Source: Macrostomum hystrix
Taxonomy: Eukaryota > Animalia > Platyhelminthes
Reading direction: 5' to 3'
Assembly (NCBI GenBank): GCA_950097015.1
Contig: CATNEN010000002.1
Coordinates: 6,324,001-6,388,000 of the forward strand
Length of the DNA: 64,000 nucleotides
Shown here: positions 45,425 through 59,600 of the stretch, in pieces
Position numbering within the stretch: position 1 is the stretch's first letter
How the letters are laid out: every line of letters begins with the position of its first letter
Notes under the pieces: model-generated
Database searches by the model: none
Told to the model about the DNA's origin: nothing
The model's input: only the letters and a program-made list of their open reading frames with translations
Made by a program: the position numbers and the translations under genes

Positions 45425-46990
45425 CTGAGGTATCAGCTGATACACTGAGTGTGTGTGGGGTATCAGCTGACGCACTGAGTGGGTGTGGGGTATCAGCTGA
45501 CACATTGAGTGGGTGTGGGGTATCAGCTGACACACTGAGTGGGTGTGGGATATCAGCTGACACAACACTGAGTGTGTGTGGGGTATCAGCTGACACACTG
45601 AGTGGGTGTGGGGTATCAGCTGACACACTGAGTGGGTGTGGGGTATCAGCTGACACACTGAGTGTGTGTGGGGTATCAGCTGACACACTGAGTGGGTGTG
45701 GGGTATCAGCTGACACACTGAGTGTGTGTGGGGTATCAGCTGACGCACTGAGTGGGTGTGGGGTATCAGCTGACACACTGAGTGGGTGTGGGGTATCAGC
45801 TGACACACTGAGTGGGTGTGGGATATCAGCTGACACACTGAGTGGGTGTGGGGTATCAGCTGACACACTGAGTGGGTGTGGGGTATCAGCTGACACACTG
45901 AGTGGGTGTGGGGTATCAGCTGACACACTGAGTGGGTGTGGGGTATCAGCTGACACACTGAGTGGGTGTGGGGTATCAGCTGACACATTGAGTGGGTGTG
46001 GGATATCAGCTGACACACTGAGTGGGTGTGGGATATCAGCTGACACAACACTGAGTGTGTGTGGGGTATCAGCTGACGCACTGAGTGGGTGTGGGGTATC
46101 AGCTGACACATTGAGTGGGTGTGGGATATCAGCTGACACACTGAGTGGGTGTGGGGTATCAGCTGACACACTGAGTGGGTGTGGGGTATCAGCTGACACA
46201 CTGAGTGGGTGTGGGGTATCAGCTGACACACTGAGTGGGTGTGGGGTATCAGCTGACGCACTGAGTGGGTGTGGGATATCAGCTGACACACTGAGTGGGT
46301 GTGGGGTATCAGCTGACACACTGAGTGGGTGTGGGGTATCAGCTGACACACTGAGTGGGTGTGGGGTATCAGCTGACGCACTGAGTGGGTGTGGGATATC
46401 AGCTGACACACTGAGTGGGTGTGGGGTATCAGCTGACACATTGAGTGGGTGTGGGATATCAGCTGACACACTGAGTGGGTGTGGGATATCAGCTGACACA
46501 ACACTGAGTGTGTGTGGGGTATCAGCTGACGCACTGAGTGGGTGTGGGGTATCAGCTGACACATTGAGTGGGTGTGGGGTATCAGCTGACACACTGAGTG
46601 GGTGTGGGATATCAGCTGACACACTGAGTGGGTGTGGGGTATCAGCTGACACACTGAGTGGGTGTGGGGTATCAGCTGACACACTGAGTGGGTGTGGGGT
46701 ATCAGCTGACACACTGAGTGGGTGTGGGGTATCAGCTGACACACTGAGTGTGTGTGGGGTATCAGCTGACGCACTGAGTGGGTGTGGGGTATCAGCTGAC
46801 GCACTGAGTGGGTGTGGGGTATCAGCTGACACATTGAGTGGGTGTGGGATATCAGCTGACACACTGAGTGGGTGTGGGATATCAGCTGACACAACACTGA
46901 GTGTGTGTGGGGTATCAGCTGACGCACTGAGTGGGTGTGGGATATCAGCTGACACACTGAGTGGGTGTGGGGTATCAGCTGACACACAGA
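45425..46990. repeat. 30-bp minisatellite (GTATCAGCTGACACACTGAGTGGGTGTGGG), about 52 copies
   Basis: Read directly; four 33-bp variant units. Confidence 0.97.
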
Positions 46991-47361
46991 GAGGCCAGCT
47001 GACACTGTGTTTTTCGTGTTCTATTGTGGTTTTCTGATTTGTTTGTTATAAATATTAGAGCTTGTTATATTTAAAGAGCAAAGCAAGTTTTACAGTAAAA
47101 TAAACGCAATTAAATAGAATCGCAAGTTGTTATTTATCGTATATTATACAGAGCCAGTCTAAACCATAAGTCGATATTACTGCTGTCGTTGACTTTTTGA
47201 CTTTTTGTACTAAAATTACATTTAACTGTTTCGACGCAAATATTTTAGAATCTGCTTTGTATCCTATAAATAAATTTTTGGTTTTCAGCTGCATTGACTA
47301 TCGCAGTGCTGAGTCCTTGGTAACCATTGACTCTGAGTTCATCCAGCACTCGCGCTAAGCA

Positions 47362-48477
47362 ATGGGTAGGAAGGACGCCATGGCCGCCCAGCTACCTGTG
47401 GATCAGTACCGCAAAAAGATTGGTGAGTTCTGTGGGTCTATCAAGGATGTAGTTGAGACACCTGTTTATGGTGTATAGTATGGGGCACCTGCTTCTGATG
47501 CGGTTTGAGACACCTGTCTCTGATGTGTGAGACACCTGTCTCTGATGTGTGAGACACCTGTCTCTGATGTGTGAGACACCTGTCTCTGATGTGTGAGACA
47601 TCTGTCTCTGATGTGTGAGACACCTGTCTCTGATGTGTGAGACACCTGTCTCTGATGTGTGAGACACCTGTCTCTGATGTGTGAGACACCTGTCTCTGAT
47701 GTGTGAGACATCTGTTTCTGATGTGTGAGACACCTGTTTCTGATGTGTGAGACACCTGTCTCTGATGTGTGAGACACCTGTCTCTGATGTGTGAGACACC
47801 TGTCTCTGATGTGTGAGACACCTGTCTCTGATGTGTGAGACACCTGTCTCTGATGTGTGAGACACCTGTCTCTGATGTGTGAGACATCTGTCTCTGATGT
47901 GTGAGACACCTGTCTCTGATGTGTGAGACACCTGTCTCTGATGTGTGAGACACCTGTCTCTGATGTGTGAGACACCTGTCTCTGATGTGTGAGACATCTG
48001 TTTCTGATGTGTGAGACACCTGTTTCTGATGTGTGAGACACCTGTCTCTGATGTGTGAGACACCTGTCTCTGATGTGTGCGACACCTGTTTCTTACGTGT
48101 CATTGGACACCAGTTTCTGATGCAGTATTGAGTTCCACCAATTGCCATTAGCAATAGACTGTAAGCAGTCAGCTGTGCTCACTCACTCAGGTCAGAGTCA
48201 GCAGCGCCGGGCCGCCAAGTCCATGAAGGAGCAGAGGTCAGCTGACGAGTTGTTGAAGTCGCGGTCGCTTGTGACGGTGAGCTTCTAGATGCTCAGCATA
48301 TTCTTGTTATGTGGAATACTAGCCTAGTATGCAGTCTAATGCTATTTGGAATCGAATATGCAGGATATTCTACTGCCATTGGCTTGCCTACTGCTGCTGC
48401 TGATTGGTCTGTATTGCGCTCTATACTACTACATAGACAGTTCTAGTAGTGCGAAAGGAGCATCTAGTCAGCAATGA
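47362..48477 (+). CDS. TRIQK: Triple QxxK/R motif-containing protein, 86 aa, 3 exons, single TM helix
   Basis: Exons 47362-47422, 48191-48276 and 48364-48477 give MGRKDAMAAQLPVDQYRKKIG...DILLPLACLLLLLIGLYCALYYY...*. The N-terminus matches recalled human MGRKDAATIKLPVDQYRKQIG. Confidence 0.9.
47505..48090. repeat. 22-bp minisatellite (GAGACACCTGTCTCTGATGTGT), about 26 copies, in TRIQK intron 1
   Basis: Read directly. Confidence 0.97.
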
Positions 48478-49074
48478 AAACTTTTTGCTTGATAATAATT
48501 AGCTATTGTTTGCTTCGTCTATCTTGAAAAAATCTAATATGCGTGTTCACATTTCTTCTACTTATAGTAGTCTATTAGCGCAAATCAAAAATTTTCTCAC
48601 AATTTATTTTGACCAATTCTATTTTAGCAGTAGCGGTGACTTGATTTAGATCTGCTATATTTTGCAGCCTTTGGTCTAGCTAGCCAGGTTTTGTTTCGCC
48701 AAAATTTACAAAGTTCTCCGCTGTTTTCCTGGCTGTCGTTTCTTGCTGTTGGTAATTTTCAAATTTCAAGTCATTCTTGGAATCTTCGATAGCCAAGCAA
48801 GTGCCAAATATTCTCGGTTTCCTGTTCATTGTATATAGTAGGCTCATAGCATAGCTATATTTTACTTGTAAGTTCCTGTTGAAAAGTATAAAATATACGC
48901 ACTGCTTATGTGCCTTTTATTTCTGATTGGTACTATTGAGGTGTGGCAGAAGGCAATACGAATTCTGACCAAGATTAAATGCTCAAATGTGACTTTGTGT
49001 TTTTTTTATTTTTTGATGGTCAATTTTTTTTGCTATTATCTTTCTCTTAGAGCTATTCACAAGTAAGATAACTG

Positions 49075-50330
49075 TTGGATTGGCCACCCAATCCCCTTCA
49101 GTTCTTTGATTGGCCACCCAATCCCCTTCAGTTCTTGGATTGGCCACCCAATCCCCTTCAGTTCTTTGATTGGCCACCCAATCCCCTTCAGTTCTTTGAT
49201 TGGCCACCCAATCCCCTTCAGTTCTTTGATTGGCCACCCAATCCCCTTCAGTTCTTTGATTGGCCACCCAATCCCCTTCAGTTCTTTGATTGGCCACCCA
49301 ATCCCCTTCAGTTCTTTGATTGGTCACTCAATCCCCTTCAGTTCTTTGATTGGCCACCCAATCCCCTTCAGTTCTTTGATTGGCCACCCAATCCCCTTCA
49401 GTTCTTTGATTGGCCACCCAATCCCCTTCAGTTCTTTGATTGGCCACCCAATCCCCTTCAGTTCTTTGATTGGCCACCCAATCCCCTTCAGTTCTTTGAT
49501 TGGCCATCCAATCCCCTTCAGTTCTTTGATTGGCCACCCAATCCCCTTCAGTTCTTTGATTGGCCACCCAATCCCCTTCAGTTCTTTGATTGGCCACCCA
49601 ATCCCCTTCAGTTCTTTGATTGGCCACCCAATCCCCTTCAGTTCTTTGATTGGTCACCCAATCCCCTTCAGTTCTTTGATTGACCATCCAATCCCCTTCA
49701 GTTCTTTGATTGGCCACCCAATCCCATTCAGTTCTTTGATTGGCCACCCAATCCCCTTCAGTTCTTTGATTGGCCACCCAATCCCCTTCAGTTCTTTGAT
49801 TGGCCACCCAATCCCCTTCAGTTCTTTGATTGACCATCCAATCCCCTTCAGTTCTTTGATTGGCCACCCAATCCCCTTCAGTTCTTTGATTGGCCACCCA
49901 ATCCCCTTCAGTTCTTTGATTGGTCACCCAATCCCCTTCAGTTCTTTGATTGGCCACCCAATCCCCTTCAGTTCTTTGATTGGTCACCCAATCCCCTTCA
50001 GTTCTTTGATTGACCATCCAATCCCCTTCAGTTCTTTGATTGGCCACCCAATCCCCTTCAGTTCTTTGATTGGCCACCCAATCCCGTTCAGTTCTTTGAT
50101 TGGCCACCCAATCCCCTTCAGTTCTTTGATTGGCCATCCAATCCCCTTCAGTTCTTTGATTGGCCATCCAATCCCCTTCAGTTCTTTGATTGGCCATCCA
50201 ATCCCCTTCAGTTCTTTGATTGGCCATCCAATCCCCTTCAGTTCTTTGATTGTCCATCCAATCCCCTTCAGTTCTTTGATTGGCCATCCAATCCCCTTCA
50301 GTTCTTTGATTGGCCACACAACCCCATTCT
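49075..50330. repeat. 30-bp minisatellite (GATTGGCCACCCAATCCCCTTCAGTTCTTT), about 42 copies
   Basis: Read directly; between TRIQK and POLG. Confidence 0.97.
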
Positions 50331-50699
50331 GTGATTGGCTTTGTTCTTTGATTAGCCTCAAAATCGTCTCGGTTTCTATGATTGACCTCCAATCCAATCC
50401 GGCTTTTAGATTGGCCACACCTCTATCTCTAAATTGGCCCCTACAATTCTCTGATTGGCTAAAACCCCATCGGATCGTCGATTAGCCAAAATATCATCGT
50501 TTTATCAAAAGCGTCACATAATTCGATCATTATAAATTTATCAAAGTCATGTATCACTGATTGTCTATGGTCTAAAGTCACGTCTCTGAGAAGCAGCTAT
50601 TTAAGTGGCCTTCCCTCCACAGTTGCAGCCCCATGAATTTCCTCTTGGCTCCAAGTCGCCAGCAAGTCTATTTGCTGTTCATTTGAGTATAAAGACGCA

Positions 50700-53600
50700 A
50701 TGCAACTGCTGGCAGGTCAGCGCGCCCTGTTGAAGCTGTTCAACCGGCTCAGTCGAGTTGAGTGCACATCAGCTCGCAACTGTTCAACTGCAGCCTCTGC
50801 TTCAGCTCAGGCAGACGAAGAATTTCCCACCGTCAATGAGGTTGGTCTTAAACATCTCTGGGGTGTTGAAAAGACTTAAGCTGAAAATTAAAGATTGGAA
50901 ACCCCCTTCCCAAGAGGCGATGTACAAACACGCCTAATGCAAAAAAATTCTCCCAAAATCAGGTGGGCATCCAGCTGCTCAGTCGCGACCTTCAACGAGC
51001 CCTGTTCGGCCATCAGGATGCTGGCGACAGCGCTCTTCAGCCGCCGCCGGCCGCCGCTCTGAACCATCTGAAGCGGCACGGCATTCCGCTTCAGGCCTCC
51101 CTAACCGGCCGGACCCCGGTGATTCGCTGTCCGCTGCCGCCGTTGGAAGGCGGCGTCGGCATTGAGGAGCACTTTAACCGGATCGCCGCGGAGCAGGTCG
51201 CTCCTTACCGTCGGCTCATTGACGCCCTGGCTACCGCCAGGATGCCGAAGTCCGGCCCGCCAGCTCAGGACGGCTGGCCGCGGCCGTCCGGTCCTGGCTG
51301 GCATCGGCTGCTGATGGGCAGCGGAGGTGGCCAATCCAAGCCGAGACTCGAACCCGTGACCTGTCCGCAAGGAGACGCACTGGTGTTCGACACGGAGAAT
51401 GTGCTCTCGGTTGGACAGGCACCAGTCATGGCTGTTGCCTTCAGCCTGGAGGGCTGGTCAGTTGACAAAGATTCCAATGATTGTAGTGTTAGAGCTATTA
51501 CATTGGTGGCAGCGGTGGGATACGAACCCACGCCCTTTCGGACTGGTGCCTGAAACTAGATTCTGGCTAGATTCCAGCTATTCTAAATAGACATGATTGT
51601 ACAGATAGACAGGTGGATAGTTGAAGGCATCTCTGCTTTCCCGCTGCCCGCAGGTTCTGCTGGTGCTCGCCGATGCTGTTTGGCAGTTCGCCGCCCGTGC
51701 CAGACGACCAGCTGTCGCCGGAGCACCTCATCCCGCTGTACACCGCCGTCCCCGAGGAGGAAGATCTGCAGAGGCCGCGCATTGTTGTCGGTCATTTTGT
51801 GGCCTTCGATCGGGCCAAGATCAAGGAGGAGTACAGTCTGAAGGTGGGACAATCAATTGGACTTCATTGTCATTAAATCGGTCATTTCTCTCTAATAAAG
51901 GGGTCGTTAATTTATTTTATTTGATAATCTTACTGCAATAAAATCTGTCAATACCTTTCATTTTATTACGTCATTTCCCTCCTATTCATTGTTCATTCCC
52001 CTGATTTTTGTTGGTCATTTCCTTCTTTAAATCGGTCATTACCATTATTTAATGGGTCATATTCTTCGGTTCTAATCAGTCAATGCTTCAGATTATGATT
52101 GGTCATCAACTCCCTATTTCATTTGTTATCACCCTCGTTTTATCGATCCTTAGCCCCAAATTCGGTACTTTGGTTGCCCCTTTAACAGTTGGCTTATCAT
52201 TTCCTTCGTCGGCTATATATCAGTCACTATTCTTTACTTTCTACTCGTCAGTAGACGAATTCGCACATTGCCTACAAAATCCATTGAAAACAGCGCACCG
52301 GCTGCCGCTTCCTGGACACAATGTCGCTGCACATCGGCATTCGCGGCCTAACCAGCAACCAGCGCACCCTGAAGCTGATGGTGGAGAACGGCCGCTTCGC
52401 CAACAAGCGCTGGGCCGAGTACCAGCAGGACAGGCGGAAGCGCGGCGCCGAGTCCGTGGACTCCGGCAGCTTCGGCCGGCTCGCCTGGGTCAACGACTCG
52501 GCGCTCAACAACCTGGCGGACGTGTTCGCCCTGTGCACCGGCGAGGACTCAAAGGCGGGCGAGAAGGCTGACCTGCGCGAGCAGTTCATCAGCGGCAGCC
52601 TCGCGGAGGTTCGCGCTTTTTATAGAATTAAAAAATCCGATGGGAAACTTCGGACTAGACTGACCTAGAGGTCAGGAGTTTGAATCTCTGCCCACCGGAA
52701 TCAATTGCTTTCTTTAGCCAGAGATTATGGGCTCAATCATTACCAGAGAGTGGCGGCTAAAATCTTGGAAATCTAAATTTTATTTCCTTTTTCTGATTCC
52801 CAAATTCATAAAAATCCAATGCCTCAATCCAATGTCAATAATGCGAAATCTCATTTCTGAATCCTTAAAACCACATTTTCGAACTAAAAAATCCCCATCT
52901 CCTAATTATACGAAAGCCTAATTTCACAATCCATTTAAATCCCATTTCCCAGTCCATTAAAATCCCATCTCAATGCCCTGACCCTGCCCAGGTGTCCAGC
53001 CGGGTACCGCAGCTGCTCGCCTACTGCGCTCGGGATGTCTGGATGACGCACCGGGTCCTCTGTCGCCAGTGGGCCGAGTTCCAGCAGCACTTTCCCAGCC
53101 CAGTGACTCTCGGCGGCCTGCTGGAGATGAGCAGCGTGCTGCTGCCCACCAACTCTAGCTGGGAGAAGTTCAAGCGGTTGTCCCAGGACCGCTACGACCA
53201 GCTGGCCGAGGGTCAGCGCGAAACCCTTCAAGCCCTGGCCGATGAGGCTGTGAAAAAGTTTGCTGGCGGCAAAGACTACGAGACAGATCCCTGGCTGTGG
53301 GATCTGGACTGGTCGGTCAGTCCTCGGTCGAAGACACAGCTGCCGAAGTGAGTGAAGTTGATTATAGATCAGGTAGGGAGGGGACGATATCGACGATACA
53401 CTGAAGGATCAGGTAGCTGGACGATATCGGCGATCTACTGAAGGATCAGGTAGCTGGACGATATCGGCGATCTACTGAAGGATCAGGTAGCTGGACGATA
53501 TCGGCGATCTACTGAAGGATCAGGTAGCTGGACGATATCGGCGATCTACTGAAGGATCAGGTAGCTGGACGATATCGGCGATCTACTGAAGGATCAGGTA

Positions 53601-56600
53601 GCTGGACGATATCGGCGATCTACTGAAGGATCAGGTAGCTGGACGATATCGGCGATCCACTGAAGGATCAGGTAGCTGGACTATATCGGCGATCTACTGA
53701 AGGATCAGGTAGCTGGACGATATCGGCGATCTACTGAAGGATCAGGTAGCTGGACGATATCGGCGATCTACTGAAGGATCAGGTAGCTGGACGATATCGG
53801 CGATCTACTGAAGGATCAGGTAGCTGGACGATATCGGCGATCCACTGAAGGATCAGGTAGCTGGACGATATCGGCGATCTACTGAAGGATCAGGTAGCTG
53901 GACGATATCGGCGATCCACTGAAGGATCAGGTAGCTGGACGATATCGGCGATCTACTGAAGGATCAGGTAGCTGGACTATATCGGCGATCTACTGAAGGA
54001 TCAGGTAGCTGGACGATATCGGCGATCTACTGAAGGATCAGGTAGCTGGACGATATCGGCGATCTACTGAAGGATCAGGTAGCTGGACGATATCGGCGAT
54101 CTACTGAAGGATCAGGTAGCTGGACGATATCGGCGATCCACTGAAGGATCAGGTAGCTAGATAGACAATTTCGGCGATCCACTGAAGGACTGGGTTAATC
54201 GCGGCAATCCTGATAAGGGATGGTGCGATTTTGGTAAAATATCCACAATGGAACCAAAATTGTTTAGTAAAGCAGGAATTGCATTTATTGTCAACAGTTA
54301 TTCAAAAGATTTTTGGTGAATGAGGCTAGCCTTTTAATCTAATTATTGCGTTAATTTAGTTAAAAATGGAAACTTTCTCCATCGATATGATTTGGCGAAT
54401 CATAAATGACTGGTGAAGCTGTACAGATGGTTCACAATGGGGTCTAGACTGTCTATCTGAATCAACTGTGCGCCGCCTCCCGGTCTCCCATCCCATCCCC
54501 GAGCTCCTGTTTGCACTGCACTCCAGGAATCAGCGCCGCTAGGTAAAGATGGACTGAGTCTGGTCCAGGCTTATTAGCTTCGGCAGGAAGTGTGACGAGG
54601 CCCTTGAGCAGTTTGACTTTATTGCCTGCCATGAGAGCGGCTTCGGGTGGGGGATAAACTGATTAGCGGGATTAATGCTAGTCAAGTCAACGCGCTGCCG
54701 CTCATTTATCCCAATCTCCCACCTTCTTTTCTTCCCATCGGCGTCTTAGCTTATTAGTGTGAGCTGCTCTAACTAGGTCTTACCAATCCCCACCCGACTC
54801 ACTCGCTGAGCTCAGTTCTCGGGTTTCTTTGCCGCGAACAGTGAGCGGTGTCTGCTTTCACTGCCTGACTCGCTGGCTAAAGGATTTTCCTATTGATTTT
54901 TTAGATTTTTCAGCATTGAAAAATCTAGCATTAGAATAACAGCTCTTTGCTTAGGGTAGAAAACAAGAATGGAGGGTGGGAACGCGAGTGAGATGATGGC
55001 AAAGAAAGTTTTAGGGTGGGAAAAGAGGGGAAAGAGGAAAAACATAAAGAATGGAAAGAAGGGTAGGCAGAGGGTAGGTAGTAGTACGGGAAAGTGAGTG
55101 GCAGTGTTGGAAAGCGAGTGGTAGTGTAGGAAAGCGAGTGGCAGTGTTGGAAAGCGAGTGGTGGTGTGGGAAAGCGAGTGGTACTGCTGGAAAGCGAGTG
55201 GTAGTGTTGGGAAGCGAGTGGCAGTGTTGGAAAGCGAGTGGTAGTGTAGGAAAGCGATTGGCAGTGTTTGAAAGCGAGTGGTAGTGTAGGAAAGCGAGTG
55301 GCAGTGTTGGGAAGCGAGTGGCAGTGTTGGAAAGCGAGTGGTAGTGTAGGAAAGCGAGTGGCAGTGTTAGAAAGCGAGTGGTACTGCTGGAAAGCGAGTG
55401 GCAGTGTTGGAAAGCGAAAGCGAGTGGCAGTGTTGGAAAGCGAAAGCGAGTGGCAGTGTTGGAAAGCGAAAGCGAGTGGCAGTGTTGGAAAGCGAAAGCG
55501 AGTGGCAGTGTTGGAAAGCGAAAGCGAGTGGCAGTGTTGGGAAGCGAGTGGCAGTGTTGGAAAGCGAGTGGCAGTGTTGGGAAGCGAGTGGCAGTGTTGG
55601 GAAGCGAGTGGCAGTGTTGGGAAGCGAGTGGCAGTGTTGGGAAGCGTGTGGCAGTGTTGGGAAGCGAGTGGCAGTGTTGGGAAGCGAGTGGCAGTGTTGG
55701 GAAGCGAGTGGCAGTGTTGGGAAGCGAGTGGCAGTGTTGGGAAGCGAGTGGCAGTGTTTGAAAGCGAGTGGCAGTGTTGGGAAGCGAGTGGCAGTGTTGG
55801 GAAGCGAGTGGCAGTGTTGGGAAGCGAGTGGCTGTGTTGGGAAGCGAGTGGCAGTGTTGGGAAGCGTGTGGCAGTGTTGGGAAGCGTGTGGCAGTGTTGG
55901 GAAGCGAGTGCTTTTGCGTATTTTATTATATACATTTATGAATAAAATGAGCTCAATAGATTTAGTCTTCATTTTTCTACCACATCTTCCGCGCTTGTGC
56001 ACTTGATTGTTAATAAGATTGTGCTTGTAAATCTAAATTCATGCTCAATGAGTAGCCCCGCTGAGGCTAAACGATTTTTCTCTCAAACAAGCCGCCAGCC
56101 TCCTGTCAGAGTGCAGGCCGAAAATATTCTATCGATTTCAAGGAGGCTGAGAATTATGAACTCAATCAGAACATGGGAGGCTGTGGCCCAGGGACTGGAC
56201 ATTGTGCTCTCCACAGAGCCAGCCTTGCCTGACTGCTGTTTGAACACCGAAGCGGCAGGATCGATGACGCCAGTCCCCGCTATTCAATGGAAGCCTGTCA
56301 GCTGGCTGGTTGTGCCTGGCTCAGCTGAGCAGCCTTCTCGCTGCTGTTCGTATTGCTTGCATGCAAACTTTCCTACCTGAGCGATTACTTCTGTTCCTTC
56401 CTGCCAGCCTTATCCGGGGGTGGGGCAGTCACTGTATTCCTCCTGGAAGCAAAGAAAGCAATTGTAGAGAAAAAAGACTGAAAAAGGAGAGACTGGTGAC
56501 TGAGCATGTTTCTGATTGACTGCTCTGAGTGCAGAGTTGTGTCGGCTCAGGTTGGGATCTCCGAGTCTTTGTTTCCGAGTGTCTCTCGAGTGTCTTCTCA

Positions 56601-59600
56601 GCGCAGTTATACATACTCTGAATAAGAATAAAGCAACACTTTAACAATATAAGAAAAAATAGAGGAGACAGGCTTTAGGAACTGCTAGGAGGGGTTTGGG
56701 AACACATCGAGACCGTGCGACAGTCCTGACCGCTATTGACAACGCAAGCAGGTGTTAGGAGCTGGCTATACACACAGCATCGCATTGTGGACTGAATTGA
56801 GAACACCTAGTTAAAATACTTTTAGCTTTTTACAATAAAAAAGTTTTCCTCTTAGTGCTACACAGTGCTAAATCCAAGGCAGATGCGCAAAAGAAACTTT
56901 GTCATAGTTGCATTCTCCGCAGTTCACTGTTTCCTGCATCCGTGCGTCATTTCCTTCAGCAACGCGTTGACTAGAATGGCAATTTGTTTTATCTGCGGTC
57001 AATACGAGCTAGATCTGTGGTCCTTTCCAGAGTTCTATGACTCATGAAGACTGCGTCCAATGACTGCGGCGAGACTGATGACTTGCATCAAATATTTGCC
57101 CAGCTTGAAGCTTTTTACGAGCGTATTTACTCGGTCATATTGCAAATCGTAATTCGTAATTCTAATGAAACATAAAAACAACAGGAAAGCGAATGTCCTC
57201 AAATGAATTACCGGTGACACTGCCTCAGTAAACACGGACGGACCCAATCAGAGCACGTTATCGATATTATGGCAACAAATGGTTTCACTTTTTGTTCGGT
57301 CATAGCATTGCGCTGACGGTGACGACGAGCGGACTGAACTACCAGCAGGTGTCGAAAACCTCCAGGCCCTTCATGATGACGGGTGAACTGTGGCAGTAGC
57401 GCTGGAAGTCTTCGTAGGTGACGGAGCCCTTGCCCTCGGTGTCCATCTGGCGAAAGATGTGGCTGGCGTGGTCGTGGACGCTCTTAGCCGATTCTTTCTT
57501 CTTGGCATGGCTGCCCAGCAGCTCGTAGATTGAGGCCAGGAACTGGCAGATCTCCTCGTGGCTGAGCGTGCCATCTAGGTTGACGTCGTAGAGACGAAAA
57601 ATCCATACGATTTTATCTTCGACGCTGCCTCTGGCGAGTTCGGAAAGCCACATGACGTACTGGTGAAACGGCAGCGACTCCTTCTTGTCGACGTCCAGCC
57701 AGTTGAAGACGATGCGCGCAAACGGCGCGGGATTACCGAACGGGAACAGCTGGGCGAAGATGCCGCAGATGTGCTCCTCACGGACTAGGCCGGTCGGGCA
57801 GTCCTGCTTGAAGCCGCGGTACAGAAGGCGCAGTTCGCGCTCGCTGAACTTGGACCTCTGCGCCAGCAGGCGAATCGAGGGCGGCTTGTAGCGCTGAAAG
57901 CTCGCCTGGAGATCCGGGTCGCTCATTGCCTGTCCACTTGCTCGGATAATTGTTGCTTAAGCAGTCTATCGGCCTCGGACCCTAGTCAGCGAGGCTAAGA
58001 CCTCCAAGACGATGTCCCACTGTCTTGTGGGTTTATCTTGGTCCGGACTTTCTTCAGCCTTAACGGCCTGTAATTCCCAGTTGACTGGGGGCTTCCCTCT
58101 TATCTCTCAGTCGCTCTCTCTCTCTGTCTATATAAAGGCCTCCCCGGGCTTCAGTGCGGATGGTACGAGCTGGCGCCGGCTTGTTGATTGGTGGCTGCCT
58201 CTCCCAATCTCTCCGATCACTCTCTGCGATCTGCAGGATCGACGAGTTCCGGACTGCAGGGGAGGGGAGAGACGAATGAGGGACAGAGGGGAGTTTAGAG
58301 GAAGGAAAATATGAGGCTATAGAGCTAGCATGAAATGGTGGTGCCTCAGGGGGGTGGATCGGGTGATGGAGGTCAAGCCCATGGTACGGGCCCAGATGGA
58401 GAAAACAAAGTTTTTGCGAAGGCCTGGAGAGGAGCCTGAAGGTCTGAAGTCCATTGCATCGAGCCTGCCGTTTCTTTCAGTGGGATAAGTCGATGGAATG
58501 CCGCGTTTTCTGATAATGCTCGCTAACGACTAGTTTAACACGAATTCTTTTCTGTCATTCGATTTATCGTGAAGTGTTGCGGGAAGAAACACGTGGTCTC
58601 TCTAGATAGCTTTGTTGTGGGCTTTGTTTTTGCGCAGCAATCGATTTCCCTACCATCCCAGATTAGATTTCCCCGTGTTTTCCTTCTTTGTTGCCTAATT
58701 CTTATTAGGTTACCTAATTCTTACCTAATTCTTAATTCGTATAGGTGATTGTTCAAGCCATGTTCCTCGCGCTTAATCCAGGCACTTCGCCCAACTTTCT
58801 CTGTCAATATTCTTCTTCCCATAATTTCTTACTGTTTCCCATCGTACCTTGGTATCTGGCAATGTACTATTATTCTATGCTGCTGTGGTAAGCCTTGAAA
58901 TTCAGTTTTAAACCCCAATGCAGTCACGAAATCGGTAATAAAAGCGCATCAGTAATAGAGGAGTATTTAATGCTCACCTAGAATACCTCAGCTATCATAG
59001 AGCTATAAGCAATGCCTTAGTGACCGTGATTTTGATGACCTGCCAGTTGTAAATATTTAATTATTCACACATGTAGATACCTGCAACTCTCAGTCCTTTG
59101 TTAAGGTGAAGCTCACGCTAATTATCACCTGAGATTGTTACGTGCTTTATTGGCCTTGTTATTTGTTGGATTGGTCGCAAGCCGGGAGGTCGGGTGTTCA
59201 AATCTCAGTCTAAGGAAGTCAAGGTGTGTCTTTGAGCAAAACATTTGATGCCCTAGTGCTTTAAAATTCTGTAAATTGGTTTTCGTTACCAAATCTGGGT
59301 AGAAAGTTAACCAAAAATCTCACTTTACAAAAGTCCATATAATGGAAATCCCAGTCATTGGATATTCTAGCTCAAATAAATCCTTAACAATGGAAATCCC
59401 ACATTTCAGTTGAAATTTTCATTAGCCTGGCGTGAGTGAGTTTCCTTCCGTGACTTGCTGGATTCAGTTGATCAGATCCTGCTCTTTGGGGACTTCATTT
59501 TTTAAATATTGCTTTCCCATTCTCATTTTTGGGATGTTTCATTGCATTCAGGCCAAGCCTTGGCATTTTCTGTCCATCTCTTTTCCAATTGCTGCCAATC

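Noticed and set aside
51504-51559. Functional tRNA-Leu gene
   Set aside because: The 5' strand and D arm are missing, the T loop is mutated and CCA is encoded, so it is a fragment.
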